A stretch of 40,762 nt of DNA from a virus, in IMG/VR virus record IMGVR_UViG_3300038312_000388, one strand, 5' to 3'. The position numbers and the translations under genes were made by a program. Below are positions 8,212-16,248 of this stretch, piece after piece. Positions within the stretch are counted from its first letter, which is position 1. Every line of letters starts with the position of its first letter. The notes beneath the pieces are model-generated. The model saw only the letters and a list, made by a program, of their open reading frames with translations, ran no database searches and was not told where the DNA came from.

Positions 8212-8217
8212 TTTTCA

Positions 8218-8316
8218 ATGGTTAGTTGGGAACGTTATTATCAGGAAATGGAAATGGTGAATGAAGGAAAATACGGCCAGGACAAGGAAAAAGATGATAA
8301 GGAGGCTGAACAATGA
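8218..8316 (+). CDS. Small 32-aa acidic protein (not in the ORF track)
   Basis: RBS aaggagtgtga; MVSWERYYQEMEMVNEGKYGQDKEKDDKEAEQ; stop overlaps the next ATG. Confidence 0.6.
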   Translation: MVSWERYYQEMEMVNEGKYGQDKEKDDKEAEQ

Positions 8317-8561
8317 ATTGTCCACTCTGTGAAAGTCCAATGACAGAATATGATTCTTATTACAAGTGTTCTAACAAGAAATGCAAAATCCAGATGGATA
8401 AATGTCCAAGACAACTTCCAAAACAAAGCCTTTACCCGGCCAGGAAAAGGTTTTGGACTCCAAAGAAAGTTCAAGTTTTAGAGTTTTTGGCCATAATGGC
8501 CGTGATTGTGGCCTTTTTAGGATTTTTAGGAATGGGTGATGTACGCTTAGGAGGTTTCTAA
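8313..8561 (+). CDS. Zn-ribbon protein with C-terminal TM helix
   Basis: CPLCES...YKCSNKKC; hydrophobic FLAIMAVIVAFLGFLG. Confidence 0.7.
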   Translation: MNCPLCESPMTEYDSYYKCSNKKCKIQMDKCPRQLPKQSLYPARKRFWTPKKVQVLEFLAIMAVIVAFLGFLGMGDVRLGGF

Positions 8562-8563
8562 AA

Positions 8564-9184
8564 ATGAGCGAAGTTGAATTTAAAGCTGAAGATGGTTGGG
8601 AAGAAATGCCAGACTTTAAAAATGACACATGGTGCCCTAAAAAGAAAGGAGACCAACTACGAGGCATCTACACCAATAAAAGAATGAATGTTGGAGTAAA
8701 CAGGGCAAATCTATACACAATAAAGAACAGTGACGGGGAATGGGTTGTCTTCGGAACAGAAGCACTAAACAACAAGCTAAAAAATGTTCCAATAGGATAC
8801 GAAGTTGGAATAATTTATATGGGTGAGAAACCAAGCAAACCACCAAAAAAACCGTTCAAAATGTTCCGCGTCTTCAGAAGAGCACCTAAAAACCTGAAAA
8901 AACCTGAAACCAAAAAAGAAGAACAAAAACCGTCACCAAAAGAACAGGAAACAAAACCAGAGAAAGAAGAAAACAAAGCAGCAGGGATGAATCTCTCTGA
9001 TGACAGTGACACCTGGGGCTTGATTGAGATGATTTCAACAGATCTAGCTGCAGAACATAAACACGTTAATGATAAGGAAATCCTAAAACGTGCAATCCAG
9101 ATGAGTAAAGATTCAGCCCAGGACTTCACAGAAAAGGAATTAAAAGATGTTGAACGGGTTTTAAATCAGGGATTACTCAAATGA
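8564..9184 (+). CDS. OB-fold protein, putative ssDNA-binding protein, with a Lys/Pro/Glu-rich linker
   Basis: W.PKKKGDQLRGIY...LYTI...VFGTEALNNKL.NVPIG.EV.IIYMG..K....FKMFRV resembles viral OB-fold SSBs; next to PCNA. Confidence 0.55.
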   Translation: MSEVEFKAEDGWEEMPDFKNDTWCPKKKGDQLRGIYTNKRMNVGVNRANLYTIKNSDGEWVVFGTEALNNKLKNVPIGYEVGIIYMGEKPSKPPKKPFKMFRVFRRAPKNLKKPETKKEEQKPSPKEQETKPEKEENKAAGMNLSDDSDTWGLIEMISTDLAAEHKHVNDKEILKRAIQMSKDSAQDFTEKELKDVERVLNQGLLK

Positions 9185-9194
9185 GGGTGATAAT

Positions 9195-9980
9195 GTGGAA
9201 AGTCCATTTACCATAATTGTTGGCCATATTAGGGAGTTTAAGAGTTTTTTGAAGATGATTATGAGATCATCTACTTTTAGTGAGGATTTCCATGTGGAAG
9301 TGTCTGAGGAAGGGATGAGGATCCATGAATTGGATCGAAGTCATATTACATTTCTTGACCTTTTATTTCCACCTAAATTTTTTGATAAGTACCAATGCAA
9401 TGAGGCCACGGTGCTTAAACTGAATAGATATGATTTACTTTGGGTTTTAGATGGGTTTGATGAGGAGGAGGACCTTCTAGAATTATCCATGAATGGTGAA
9501 AAACTCCAAGCACGTACCTTGGAAGCAATTCATGAACGTAGATTTGAAATCTCCCAGGTAGACTTAGAATATGCACCTCCAAGTCTCCCAGATGTGGAAT
9601 ATCCAATTAACCTGAAAATAGCCCTCAGACAACTAATAAAAATCGTAGAGAACAGTCAGGGTGTAGGTGGAAGTTTAAAACTGAAATATCAATTTAACAG
9701 ACTATACTTCTGCATAATTGGTGAGACCCAAAAATATTATGGAAAAACCTTTGCAGCTGAGAAGAATGGAGCTTCAAAATGTTATAAATCCAACTATTCC
9801 ATTGAAAGATTTAAACCCCTCCTTAAACTATGTGAAGACAATAAGTTCCTCCCAGACATCATAGGAGACATATACATCCAATTCGATGATGATTCACCCA
9901 TCACCATAAAAACAGAACCATACCCAGATTGTCCCAGTTTCATGTTAATGATCGCACCAAGAATCGAAGCAGAGGAATAA
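9195..9980 (+). CDS. pcn: PCNA-like DNA sliding clamp
   Basis: EEGMRIHELDRSHITFLDL.FP..FFDKY and C-terminal F.DDSPI...LMIAPRIE match the PCNA pattern; size 261 aa. Confidence 0.82.
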   Translation: MESPFTIIVGHIREFKSFLKMIMRSSTFSEDFHVEVSEEGMRIHELDRSHITFLDLLFPPKFFDKYQCNEATVLKLNRYDLLWVLDGFDEEEDLLELSMNGEKLQARTLEAIHERRFEISQVDLEYAPPSLPDVEYPINLKIALRQLIKIVENSQGVGGSLKLKYQFNRLYFCIIGETQKYYGKTFAAEKNGASKCYKSNYSIERFKPLLKLCEDNKFLPDIIGDIYIQFDDDSPITIKTEPYPDCPSFMLMIAPRIEAEE

Positions 9981-9982
9981 AC

Positions 9983-10297
9983 ATGTCAGTTCAGGGCCGT
10001 ATACAAAAAGGACATAAAATATTCATGGATGGAAATGTGGACCTGGTCTTTGAAGATGAAACCATGATCCAATTCCATGTAAAAAGTGGGAAAAAGGACT
10101 ACTTGGTATCCATCAACACTAACGGATTCCGATGTAATGAATGTGAAGACTGGACATACCGCTGGAAGCCAAGCACAAACAATGGCGGCAGCTTCCTATG
10201 CAGCCACTGCTACGCCGCCATGTTCAAACTAGCAGAACTACAAGGAGTTAGTAATCCTGCCACCCTGGAAGTTCCACAAGCGAAGGAGATGAGCTGA
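9983..10297 (+). CDS. SWIM-type Zn-finger protein
   Basis: Y.V.....FRCNEC...LCSH; ATG 9983 after gagga. Confidence 0.7.
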   Translation: MSVQGRIQKGHKIFMDGNVDLVFEDETMIQFHVKSGKKDYLVSINTNGFRCNECEDWTYRWKPSTNNGGSFLCSHCYAAMFKLAELQGVSNPATLEVPQAKEMS

Positions 10298-10533
10298 TGA
10301 TTAAAGGCATGAATCAAGGCAAATGGTCTGAAGAGGAAAAACAATTCCTATTACGCCATGAAAGTTATCCTTCCTGGTTCATAGCAAAGCTCATGAAAAA
10401 GAAAGGATGGAACAGGACGGACAAGGCGGTAAGTTCTTATAAACACCGCCTGGAATGTGAGGGAGCAGTGCGAAATAGTCCACTTGGCCGGATCCTTGCA
10501 AGGCAGAAAAAGCTGAAGAAAGGAGGAAGTTGA
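10297..10533 (+). CDS. Myb/SANT-like HTH protein
   Basis: GKWSEEEKQFL...IAK...RTDKAV. Confidence 0.6.
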   Translation: MIKGMNQGKWSEEEKQFLLRHESYPSWFIAKLMKKKGWNRTDKAVSSYKHRLECEGAVRNSPLGRILARQKKLKKGGS

Positions 10534-11051
10534 TGACTAAATTTGAGCTTTGGGATAAGAAGACTAAAACCATGTTGAGAAAGGTTTATGATGCTGAAAA
10601 GATTTGTGATGAGGAAATAAACATTGGTTCAGATGGAAAACATCATTGGAATATTTTAACCATGGATCTGGATGACATAATGCTTAGTTTGGATGGTGAC
10701 ATGGTTTCTATTTCAGATGATACAGGTAAAGTTGTTGACTTAGGGGGAATTCCTGATAGATTCATTCTGAGAAGATATGCAGGCATTCATGTACAAGGTA
10801 AACCTCTCAGAGAATATGATCTGGTACGCATAGGAAATGATGAATATATTTATCTAGTTTTATTCAGCTTTTGCGAATTTAGGTTAACCTGTGTAAAGAA
10901 TAAAACCTGGGGATCTCCCCACACTTATGGCTTTAAAAATAAGCTTGTCATTGTCGGAAACTTAATGGAAAACCCTGAACTTGTTGAAGATATCAAACCA
11001 GAAGATTTTGAATCAAATCCAGAACTTAAGGAGCTATGGAATCATGATTAA
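10530..11051 (+). CDS. YopX-family protein
   Basis: KFELWDKK...RYAGI...GKPLREYDLV...IVGNLMENPELV. Confidence 0.75.
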   Translation: MMTKFELWDKKTKTMLRKVYDAEKICDEEINIGSDGKHHWNILTMDLDDIMLSLDGDMVSISDDTGKVVDLGGIPDRFILRRYAGIHVQGKPLREYDLVRIGNDEYIYLVLFSFCEFRLTCVKNKTWGSPHTYGFKNKLVIVGNLMENPELVEDIKPEDFESNPELKELWNHD

Positions 11052-11241
11052 AAAAGTATGCCCTCTCTGCGGTTCAAATGTTAAACCTTTCATGCGTAAG
11101 TCTCTGGATTATTGGGCCTGTACAAATCAGGAATGTAAAAATAGCAGGGCGAAATATGGATTTATCATTGGCGAAAACCTGGTTGAGGTGGAAGAAGATG
11201 AAGATTGGAGAGTGGAAGGTAACGGCCAGGATAGGCAGTAA
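11044..11241 (+). CDS. Small Zn-ribbon protein
   Basis: CPLCGS...WACTNQEC; ATG 11044 overlaps the previous stop. Confidence 0.65.
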   Translation: MIKKVCPLCGSNVKPFMRKSLDYWACTNQECKNSRAKYGFIIGENLVEVEEDEDWRVEGNGQDRQ

Positions 11242-11476
11242 AGAGGAGGCTGGATATTTGGCTTTTAGTGTGTCTTATGGTTGTACAATTTTCAGTTTTC
11301 ATCTGATTGACCTGGTAAATATTTGCAAGGTCCAGCGGGTTAATTATAAGATTGAAATCATTAAGCATCATAGGAAACGGTTCTGGTTTAATTACTGGAC
11401 TCCAATCTGGCATGATGGCAGGGGGCCTTACATCACAATGGGTTTAGGTTTAATAGCATTTTACAGGGGGTATTGA
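11198..11476 (+). CDS. Hypothetical protein
   Basis: ATG 11198 after gaggtgg; in frame with the track ORF 11078-11476. Confidence 0.55.
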   Translation: MKIGEWKVTARIGSKEEAGYLAFSVSYGCTIFSFHLIDLVNICKVQRVNYKIEIIKHHRKRFWFNYWTPIWHDGRGPYITMGLGLIAFYRGY

Positions 11477-11676
11477 ATGTGGATATGATGTTAAGTGAAT
11501 TGATTAAAGAGCTTACAGGGATTCATGAAGATAAAGGGGACATGCCAGTCTTTATTGGGTGGTGTAATCATGATTTCGAGCACAGGATGCAACCCGTACG
11601 GGGGATTGAGACCCGCGTTATCTCTTTCGGTGAGGATGCTGGCTGGTCACTCCAGATCCAAAACTGGGTGGAATAA
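11473..11676 (+). CDS. Hypothetical protein
   Basis: Coupled to both neighbours. Confidence 0.6.
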   Translation: MNVDMMLSELIKELTGIHEDKGDMPVFIGWCNHDFEHRMQPVRGIETRVISFGEDAGWSLQIQNWVE

Positions 11677-11826
11677 ATGGCAGATATTCAAGAAATATTC
11701 TGGGATAACATTCCAGCTGATGGGGAATGGCATAATATGGAGTTAAACGTGAAGATACAGGATGATTGCATTGTGATTGAGAGAACAACACATGGAATTA
11801 TTGTGGATGGGGAAAGGGTTGATTAA
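11677..11826 (+). CDS. Small 49-aa hypothetical protein (not in the ORF track)
   Basis: MADIQEIFWDNIPADGEWHN...; abuts the upstream stop, and the downstream ATG is at 11828. Confidence 0.6.
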   Translation: MADIQEIFWDNIPADGEWHNMELNVKIQDDCIVIERTTHGIIVDGERVD

Positions 11827-11827
11827 A

Positions 11828-12079
11828 ATGAGTTTAACTAAGGATGAAAAAAAATCTTGGGATGCTTTGAGGAATAAACAAGTAGATCAGGTTTGGGGTG
11901 TTGAAAATGAGTCGTATATTATACGTTTCAGAGATGGGTCTCGTGTAATAATCCCTATGACAAGAGAAAACACGATGAAATATTGCCCTGGCGAAGAGGA
12001 ACAGATAATTGATGAACTTTCCAGGATAAATTGCAGGAAAAAAGAGTTAATGGGAAAACTGGAAAAAATGAGGGAATAA
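11828..12079 (+). CDS. Hypothetical protein with C-terminal coiled coil
   Basis: ATG 11828, in frame with the track ORF 11777-12079. Confidence 0.6.
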   Translation: MSLTKDEKKSWDALRNKQVDQVWGVENESYIIRFRDGSRVIIPMTRENTMKYCPGEEEQIIDELSRINCRKKELMGKLEKMRE

Positions 12080-12081
12080 AG

Positions 12082-12246
12082 ATGGAAGGGATTGAAAGGT
12101 TGGAAGAAAAATCAAAGGAAAGTTCTGTGAGTTCCATCTGTCAAAATGGTTATGGAATCATCAATATAACTTTTGAGGATGGTACGGAGTTCGAAATATA
12201 CGCAAAAGATTTTAACTCAGATTTAGAGGTTGTAAAACTTCCATAG
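12082..12246 (+). CDS. Hypothetical protein
   Basis: ATG 12082 after gaggga. Confidence 0.55.
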   Translation: MEGIERLEEKSKESSVSSICQNGYGIINITFEDGTEFEIYAKDFNSDLEVVKLP

Positions 12247-12261
12247 TGGAGGATCTAAAAA

Positions 12262-12450
12262 ATGCGCAGTGAATTAGAAGTTAAAACGGATTGGATTAAC
12301 CTGAACCATGACCTGCGAAACGTCAAATACCTCCTCAAAACACGACCCCAAGATGAGAAATTAACAGACCTGGAGGGTAAACTGGAGAAACGATTAAAAA
12401 AAGTTGAAGCTGAAAAAGCAGGACTGAAGGTGGTGGGTGATGGCCGGTAA
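12262..12450 (+). CDS. Small coiled-coil protein
   Basis: RBS ggagga; helical charged sequence. Confidence 0.6.
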   Translation: MRSELEVKTDWINLNHDLRNVKYLLKTRPQDEKLTDLEGKLEKRLKKVEAEKAGLKVVGDGR

Positions 12451-12868
12451 AAACATAACAGTGTACATTAAAAAGAAGGATGAAGCCCTTATAAAAGAGG
12501 GAAAGAATGAGGGAATTAATCCTTCTTATGCCCTTTTAGAGGGTTACAAGTACCTCATGGGTAAATCTGCAAGGTACAGTGCACTTGAAAAAGAAAGAGG
12601 CAACCTACTTCAAAGGTTAACAGAAGTTGAATCAGAAATTGACTCATTAAAAGAGGATATTATAGTTGATCCTGACATGCAAAATGAGGTAATTATCAGA
12701 TTGAGACGGGCCTACCTAAGGGAACAGGCCATTTTGCCAGATATTTTAAGGAATAATCGTGTGAAGTTGGGTATGGGTAAAGCAGAGTTTAAACAGTTAG
12801 TCCAGGAGAAAGTGATAACTCCAATTGATAAGGGTGAGATTGATGAGTTCAACATCACTTCAGTGTAG
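12437..12868 (+). CDS. Putative DNA-binding protein (RHH-like N-terminus, coiled coil) adjacent to the candidate origin
   Basis: KNITVYIKKKDEALIKEG strand-helix pattern; RBS ggtggtg; last gene of the early operon. Confidence 0.6.
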   Translation: MMAGKNITVYIKKKDEALIKEGKNEGINPSYALLEGYKYLMGKSARYSALEKERGNLLQRLTEVESEIDSLKEDIIVDPDMQNEVIIRLRRAYLREQAILPDILRNNRVKLGMGKAEFKQLVQEKVITPIDKGEIDEFNITSV

Positions 12869-12870
12869 TT

Positions 12871-13103
12871 CAGTTGCAAGTGCTGCAAGTGTAACAAGTG
12901 TAAAAATGGTATACCCTCATAAACTACACGTGCCACATACACGTTGCACGTGTACTTTTTCAAGTGTAAAAAAAACTATACGTGGAGCTTCCACGTGTAC
13001 ACATGTAGATTACACGTGGAGTTCCTTGATTATACCTTATTTTATTATATTATATATTATATTATTATTTAATTAATTATTATTAATTAATAAATTATTT
13101 ATT
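12871..13103. other. Candidate viral replication origin (iteron-like repeats plus pure-AT tract)
   Basis: CAAGTG at 12877, 12886, 12895 and 12961; CACGTG at 12927, 12947, 12992 and 13013; 67 bp containing only A/T at 13037-13103. Confidence 0.55.
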
Positions 13104-13829
13104 CTTCCTGATTATTTCTTTTAGTTCCACGATCTCAGACTGTAACTCTTGCATTTCTCCTTTTAGTTCTTGTATCTCGTTTTGTTCGCAGTTCTTTCCG
13201 GATTTTTCTGTAAGCCATGAGGCTATTTGTGCTGTGAACATCCCCAGGAAAAGGACGCCTATGATCATCACGGTCATACTGATTAGTCTGCCGGATACTG
13301 TTGCTGGGTATATATTTCCACCATCTGTTGTCATGGTTGGTAGAACATACCAGAAAGCATCTCCTAAGTTATGCACGTTTGTATTTATTCCGGCTTCTAC
13401 AATGTAAAAAAGGATTGTACCTGCAATAACAGTCATTAATAATATTCCAAAACTCCAATCAAGGTGAGTTTCCTCAATAAACTCTTTTAGAAGTTTTGAA
13501 CCTTTGTTTAGTAGGATAAGTACTCGTATTAATCTTAGAAATCTGAAAGGGGCGAATTCTATTGGTATCATTGCGATTATGTCAATCCATGTCCATTTAT
13601 TTTTAAAAAATGCTTTTTTATCTTCTGTTTCATGGAGTCTGAGCATAAAATCACAGAAAAGTATAAAACAGACAGCTAAATCAAAATAGATTATACCTTG
13701 TGCAAGTAAAACCCCTACATTAGAGAAACTAGACCATGTAATCACGAAAACATCTATGATAACTAAGAATATTATAACAATGCTTGAAATAGTTCTAATC
13801 TTCATTTTTCTACCACTCAAAATAGTCAA
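13095..13829 (-). CDS. 6TM voltage-gated-type cation channel (K+ channel family) with an atypical filter
   Basis: S1-S3, S4 FRFLRLIRV, S5, pore helix DAFWY, filter TTDGGN, YPAT.SGR, S6 and a C-terminal coiled coil. Confidence 0.9.
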   Translation of the reverse strand: MTILSGRKMKIRTISSIVIIFLVIIDVFVITWSSFSNVGVLLAQGIIYFDLAVCFILFCDFMLRLHETEDKKAFFKNKWTWIDIIAMIPIEFAPFRFLRLIRVLILLNKGSKLLKEFIEETHLDWSFGILLMTVIAGTILFYIVEAGINTNVHNLGDAFWYVLPTMTTDGGNIYPATVSGRLISMTVMIIGVLFLGMFTAQIASWLTEKSGKNCEQNEIQELKGEMQELQSEIVELKEIIRKNK

Positions 13830-13889
13830 TTAAAATTTAGTTTAAGCATACCTTACTATTTAAATCATCTTAAAAAAAAGGAAAAGAAT

Positions 13890-14273
13890 TCAGGGGTTGC
13901 ATACTTTACATGGTACGTATCCTTGAGCTATTGCTTCATCTCTTGTGTTGAAATAGACTTTATGATCCTCACTCATCTTAGATACATATCTGCAACTTGC
14001 TAAGTGGAATTTATGTGTGTTTGAATTTCCCACATATGCTGCACTTGCAGAGGATGCTGTTGTTGAGGGCGTTGCAGTAGTTGTCACTGTGCTATTCTGT
14101 TCTGTAGTTGCAGGTGTTGCTGTGTTCTCAACTGGCGTTGAAGCATTACTCATAGATGTATTTGCAGATGTTGTCATGTTATCCGAGCTTGTGCAACCTG
14201 AAACAGCAACCACACCCACAATCAAAAATACAGTTAAAACCATTATTATTTTCTTATCCATTGCATAATTCAC
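13890..14273 (-). CDS. Putative lipoprotein with a Thr/Ala/Ser linker and C-terminal Ada-type Zn-binding domain
   Basis: Signal peptide ending VSGC; YVGNSNTHKFH...C.......EAIAQGYVPCKVCNP. Confidence 0.85.
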   Translation of the reverse strand: MNYAMDKKIIMVLTVFLIVGVVAVSGCTSSDNMTTSANTSMSNASTPVENTATPATTEQNSTVTTTATPSTTASSASAAYVGNSNTHKFHLASCRYVSKMSEDHKVYFNTRDEAIAQGYVPCKVCNP

Positions 14274-14479
14274 CTCCTACTTAGTATTATTATGAGGTTT
14301 TCAGGGTTCTAATAATAAAAGTTCCTGTTCCGATTATAATAGAAAAATTTATCGAGATAATAAAGAGAAATAGAAATATTCTATTTTATTAAGACGTAGT
14401 TAACAGTTTAATTTGAGAATAAACGTTTAATTTTTGTTTAAATCAACATCTTTATAAGAACATTGAAACTTAGTTAATA

Positions 14480-14508
14480 TTAAGATGTAATAATAAGTTA
14501 CATCTTAA
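14480..14508. promoter_or_regulatory. 11-bp perfect inverted repeat next to a TATA-like box
   Basis: ttaagatgtaa-N7-ttacatcttaa followed by tataaa at 14511. Confidence 0.55.
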
Positions 14509-14531
14509 AATATAAAAGGAAGCGAAATGTT

Positions 14532-14726
14532 ATGGAAAGCAAAAAATGTATATTCTGTAAAGAAGGAACTTATGAAGAATTTGCAACTTCTTCAACAGAT
14601 CCTCGTGTTATCTCCAATGTACAAGAATTAGGATTAAGAACAATAGCTAAAAATAATTGGAAAATCTTAATTTGTAATAAATGTGGAAATATGCAGTTCT
14701 TTAGGCAAGATTTGATAGGGGAATGA
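14532..14726 (+). CDS. Small Zn-ribbon protein
   Basis: CIFCKEG...ICNKCGNMQFF. Confidence 0.7.
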   Translation: MESKKCIFCKEGTYEEFATSSTDPRVISNVQELGLRTIAKNNWKILICNKCGNMQFFRQDLIGE

Positions 14727-15030
14727 GTATTTACTCTTTTCCTTGATTATTTCTTTGAAATTTTCCTAAAAATGGAGCATAACACTTATTTTTTAAGTTT
14801 TTAGCTTTAAGATTTACTAAAGATTTGGAAGTTGTTTTTGTGAATGTTCGGTATTTGCTTGGTGGCCTGTTACAGGTTTGGAGGCTGCAAGTTGAGAATG
14901 TGTATAAATTGAAGGCTTCTTTTTATTGAAATGGTTATTTCTCATGTGGGGAAAACTTTTTTAAGATAGAATTATCCGTATATATTAATATAAAAGTCTT
15001 TCGTTTTTGGTTGAACTAAACGGAGGTATT

Positions 15031-15342
15031 ATGGTGGTTCAAACAGTGTTATCAAATAAGGGATGGCCCTGCTGGGATAGACCGATACGGAACTCGGAGG
15101 ATTTGGAATCTTTTGAGAAATGGTTTATACGGAACTTTGGAGAGTCAACAGCGGAGTTCATGTATTCTTACCTGAAAGATTTAAAGCTTATACATCCAAG
15201 TTATCGTACATTACAGGATAGTAAAAAGGCTGTCAGGTATATGGGTCGGAAAATGGCAGATCAATTAGGCTTCAGTAACAAAAGCAAATATGATCCCAGG
15301 ACCAAGAATACTCGGAATGTCTGGATTTATAGGAATGTTTAA
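15031..15342 (+). CDS. Hypothetical basic protein
   Basis: ATG 15031 after ggaggt. Confidence 0.65.
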   Translation: MVVQTVLSNKGWPCWDRPIRNSEDLESFEKWFIRNFGESTAEFMYSYLKDLKLIHPSYRTLQDSKKAVRYMGRKMADQLGFSNKSKYDPRTKNTRNVWIYRNV

Positions 15343-15361
15343 AAAAAAGAGGTAAATTTAG

Positions 15362-15529
15362 ATGAATCGTTGGAATACAGTTAATTATAAGTGTGTTGAA
15401 TGTGGTTGTGTTATAAAAGTTACAGTTGATGAGGATAGACGGTTGCAGGAAGGTCTTTTTAAGTTAAAGCCGTGTAAGTGTGGTTCCAATAATTTTAAGA
15501 AGATTAAAAGTCAACAGGTAACATTTTAG
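15362..15529 (+). CDS. Small 55-aa Zn-ribbon protein (not in the ORF track)
   Basis: RBS gaggt; YKCVECG...KPCKCGSNNF. Confidence 0.7.
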   Translation: MNRWNTVNYKCVECGCVIKVTVDEDRRLQEGLFKLKPCKCGSNNFKKIKSQQVTF

Positions 15530-15657
15530 ATTTCTATTTTTTTTAATTAAGATTTTCAAAAGAATATTAACCCTAATTTTTGGCTTATTTTTCGTGTTTT
15601 AGTTTATACCCCTCTTGGTTACGTATATATTATTATGGGTTTTATGGAGGTTTGTTT

Positions 15658-16248
15658 TTGGGTGTAGATTGTGGGAAAATCTTTAATTCAAAGCATGGAA
15701 AGTGTGAACCTTCTCAGGTTAAAACAGGATTTAATCCTCAACTGGAAAGGCTGCCATCAAGGATCCAGTCTGGTAAACCGCGTTGTCCTATATGTGATGC
15801 AGTTGCTACGGATTCGGGTACTTGTCCGTACTGCCATACTAGAATTAAGAAAAGATGGAAGCCTGCAAGGGTTAAGGATTTTTTTGAGATATTTGCATTG
15901 AGAAATATCAAAGAAGATGAGGAGGTAATTCTCAAAGGAGTTACGGTTGATGTTTTATATAGTGATAAATCTTTTTTTGAGGAATTTAAGATGAAAAACT
16001 ATAATTTTGGTGACGAAATTTCAAATTATAAAAGTTATCCCAGACTTTTAAGTCAATTAGAAGAAAAAATGGCAGCAGTTAAAAATAAAAAAAGCATGCC
16101 ATTGGTTCACGTGGAGAAAGTTTTAAAATGTGAGGACTGCGGATGCACTATTAGCGTGCAGGACTTGGACCGTGGAGAAATAGTCTGTCCCAGGTGTGGT
16201 TTAGTTCAAGGCCAGATACAAATGCATGATGGGAGTGTGGTTTTATGA
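15658..16248 (+). CDS. Multi-Zn-ribbon protein with a C-terminal TFB/TFIIB-type zinc ribbon
   Basis: CPIC..., CPYC, then CEDCG....DLDRGEIVCPRCGLV; TTG 15658 after ggagg (the track ORF starts at 15580). Confidence 0.7.
   Translation: MGVDCGKIFNSKHGKCEPSQVKTGFNPQLERLPSRIQSGKPRCPICDAVATDSGTCPYCHTRIKKRWKPARVKDFFEIFALRNIKEDEEVILKGVTVDVLYSDKSFFEEFKMKNYNFGDEISNYKSYPRLLSQLEEKMAAVKNKKSMPLVHVEKVLKCEDCGCTISVQDLDRGEIVCPRCGLVQGQIQMHDGSVVL

Noticed and set aside
12871-13020. Possible CRISPR or mini-CRISPR array
   Set aside because: The repeats are only 6-9 bp with no 25-45-nt unique spacers; no cas genes are present.
12712-13076. ORFs 12825-13076 (+) and 12712-12963 (-)
   Set aside because: They are translations of the repeat array and AT tract, not protein-like.
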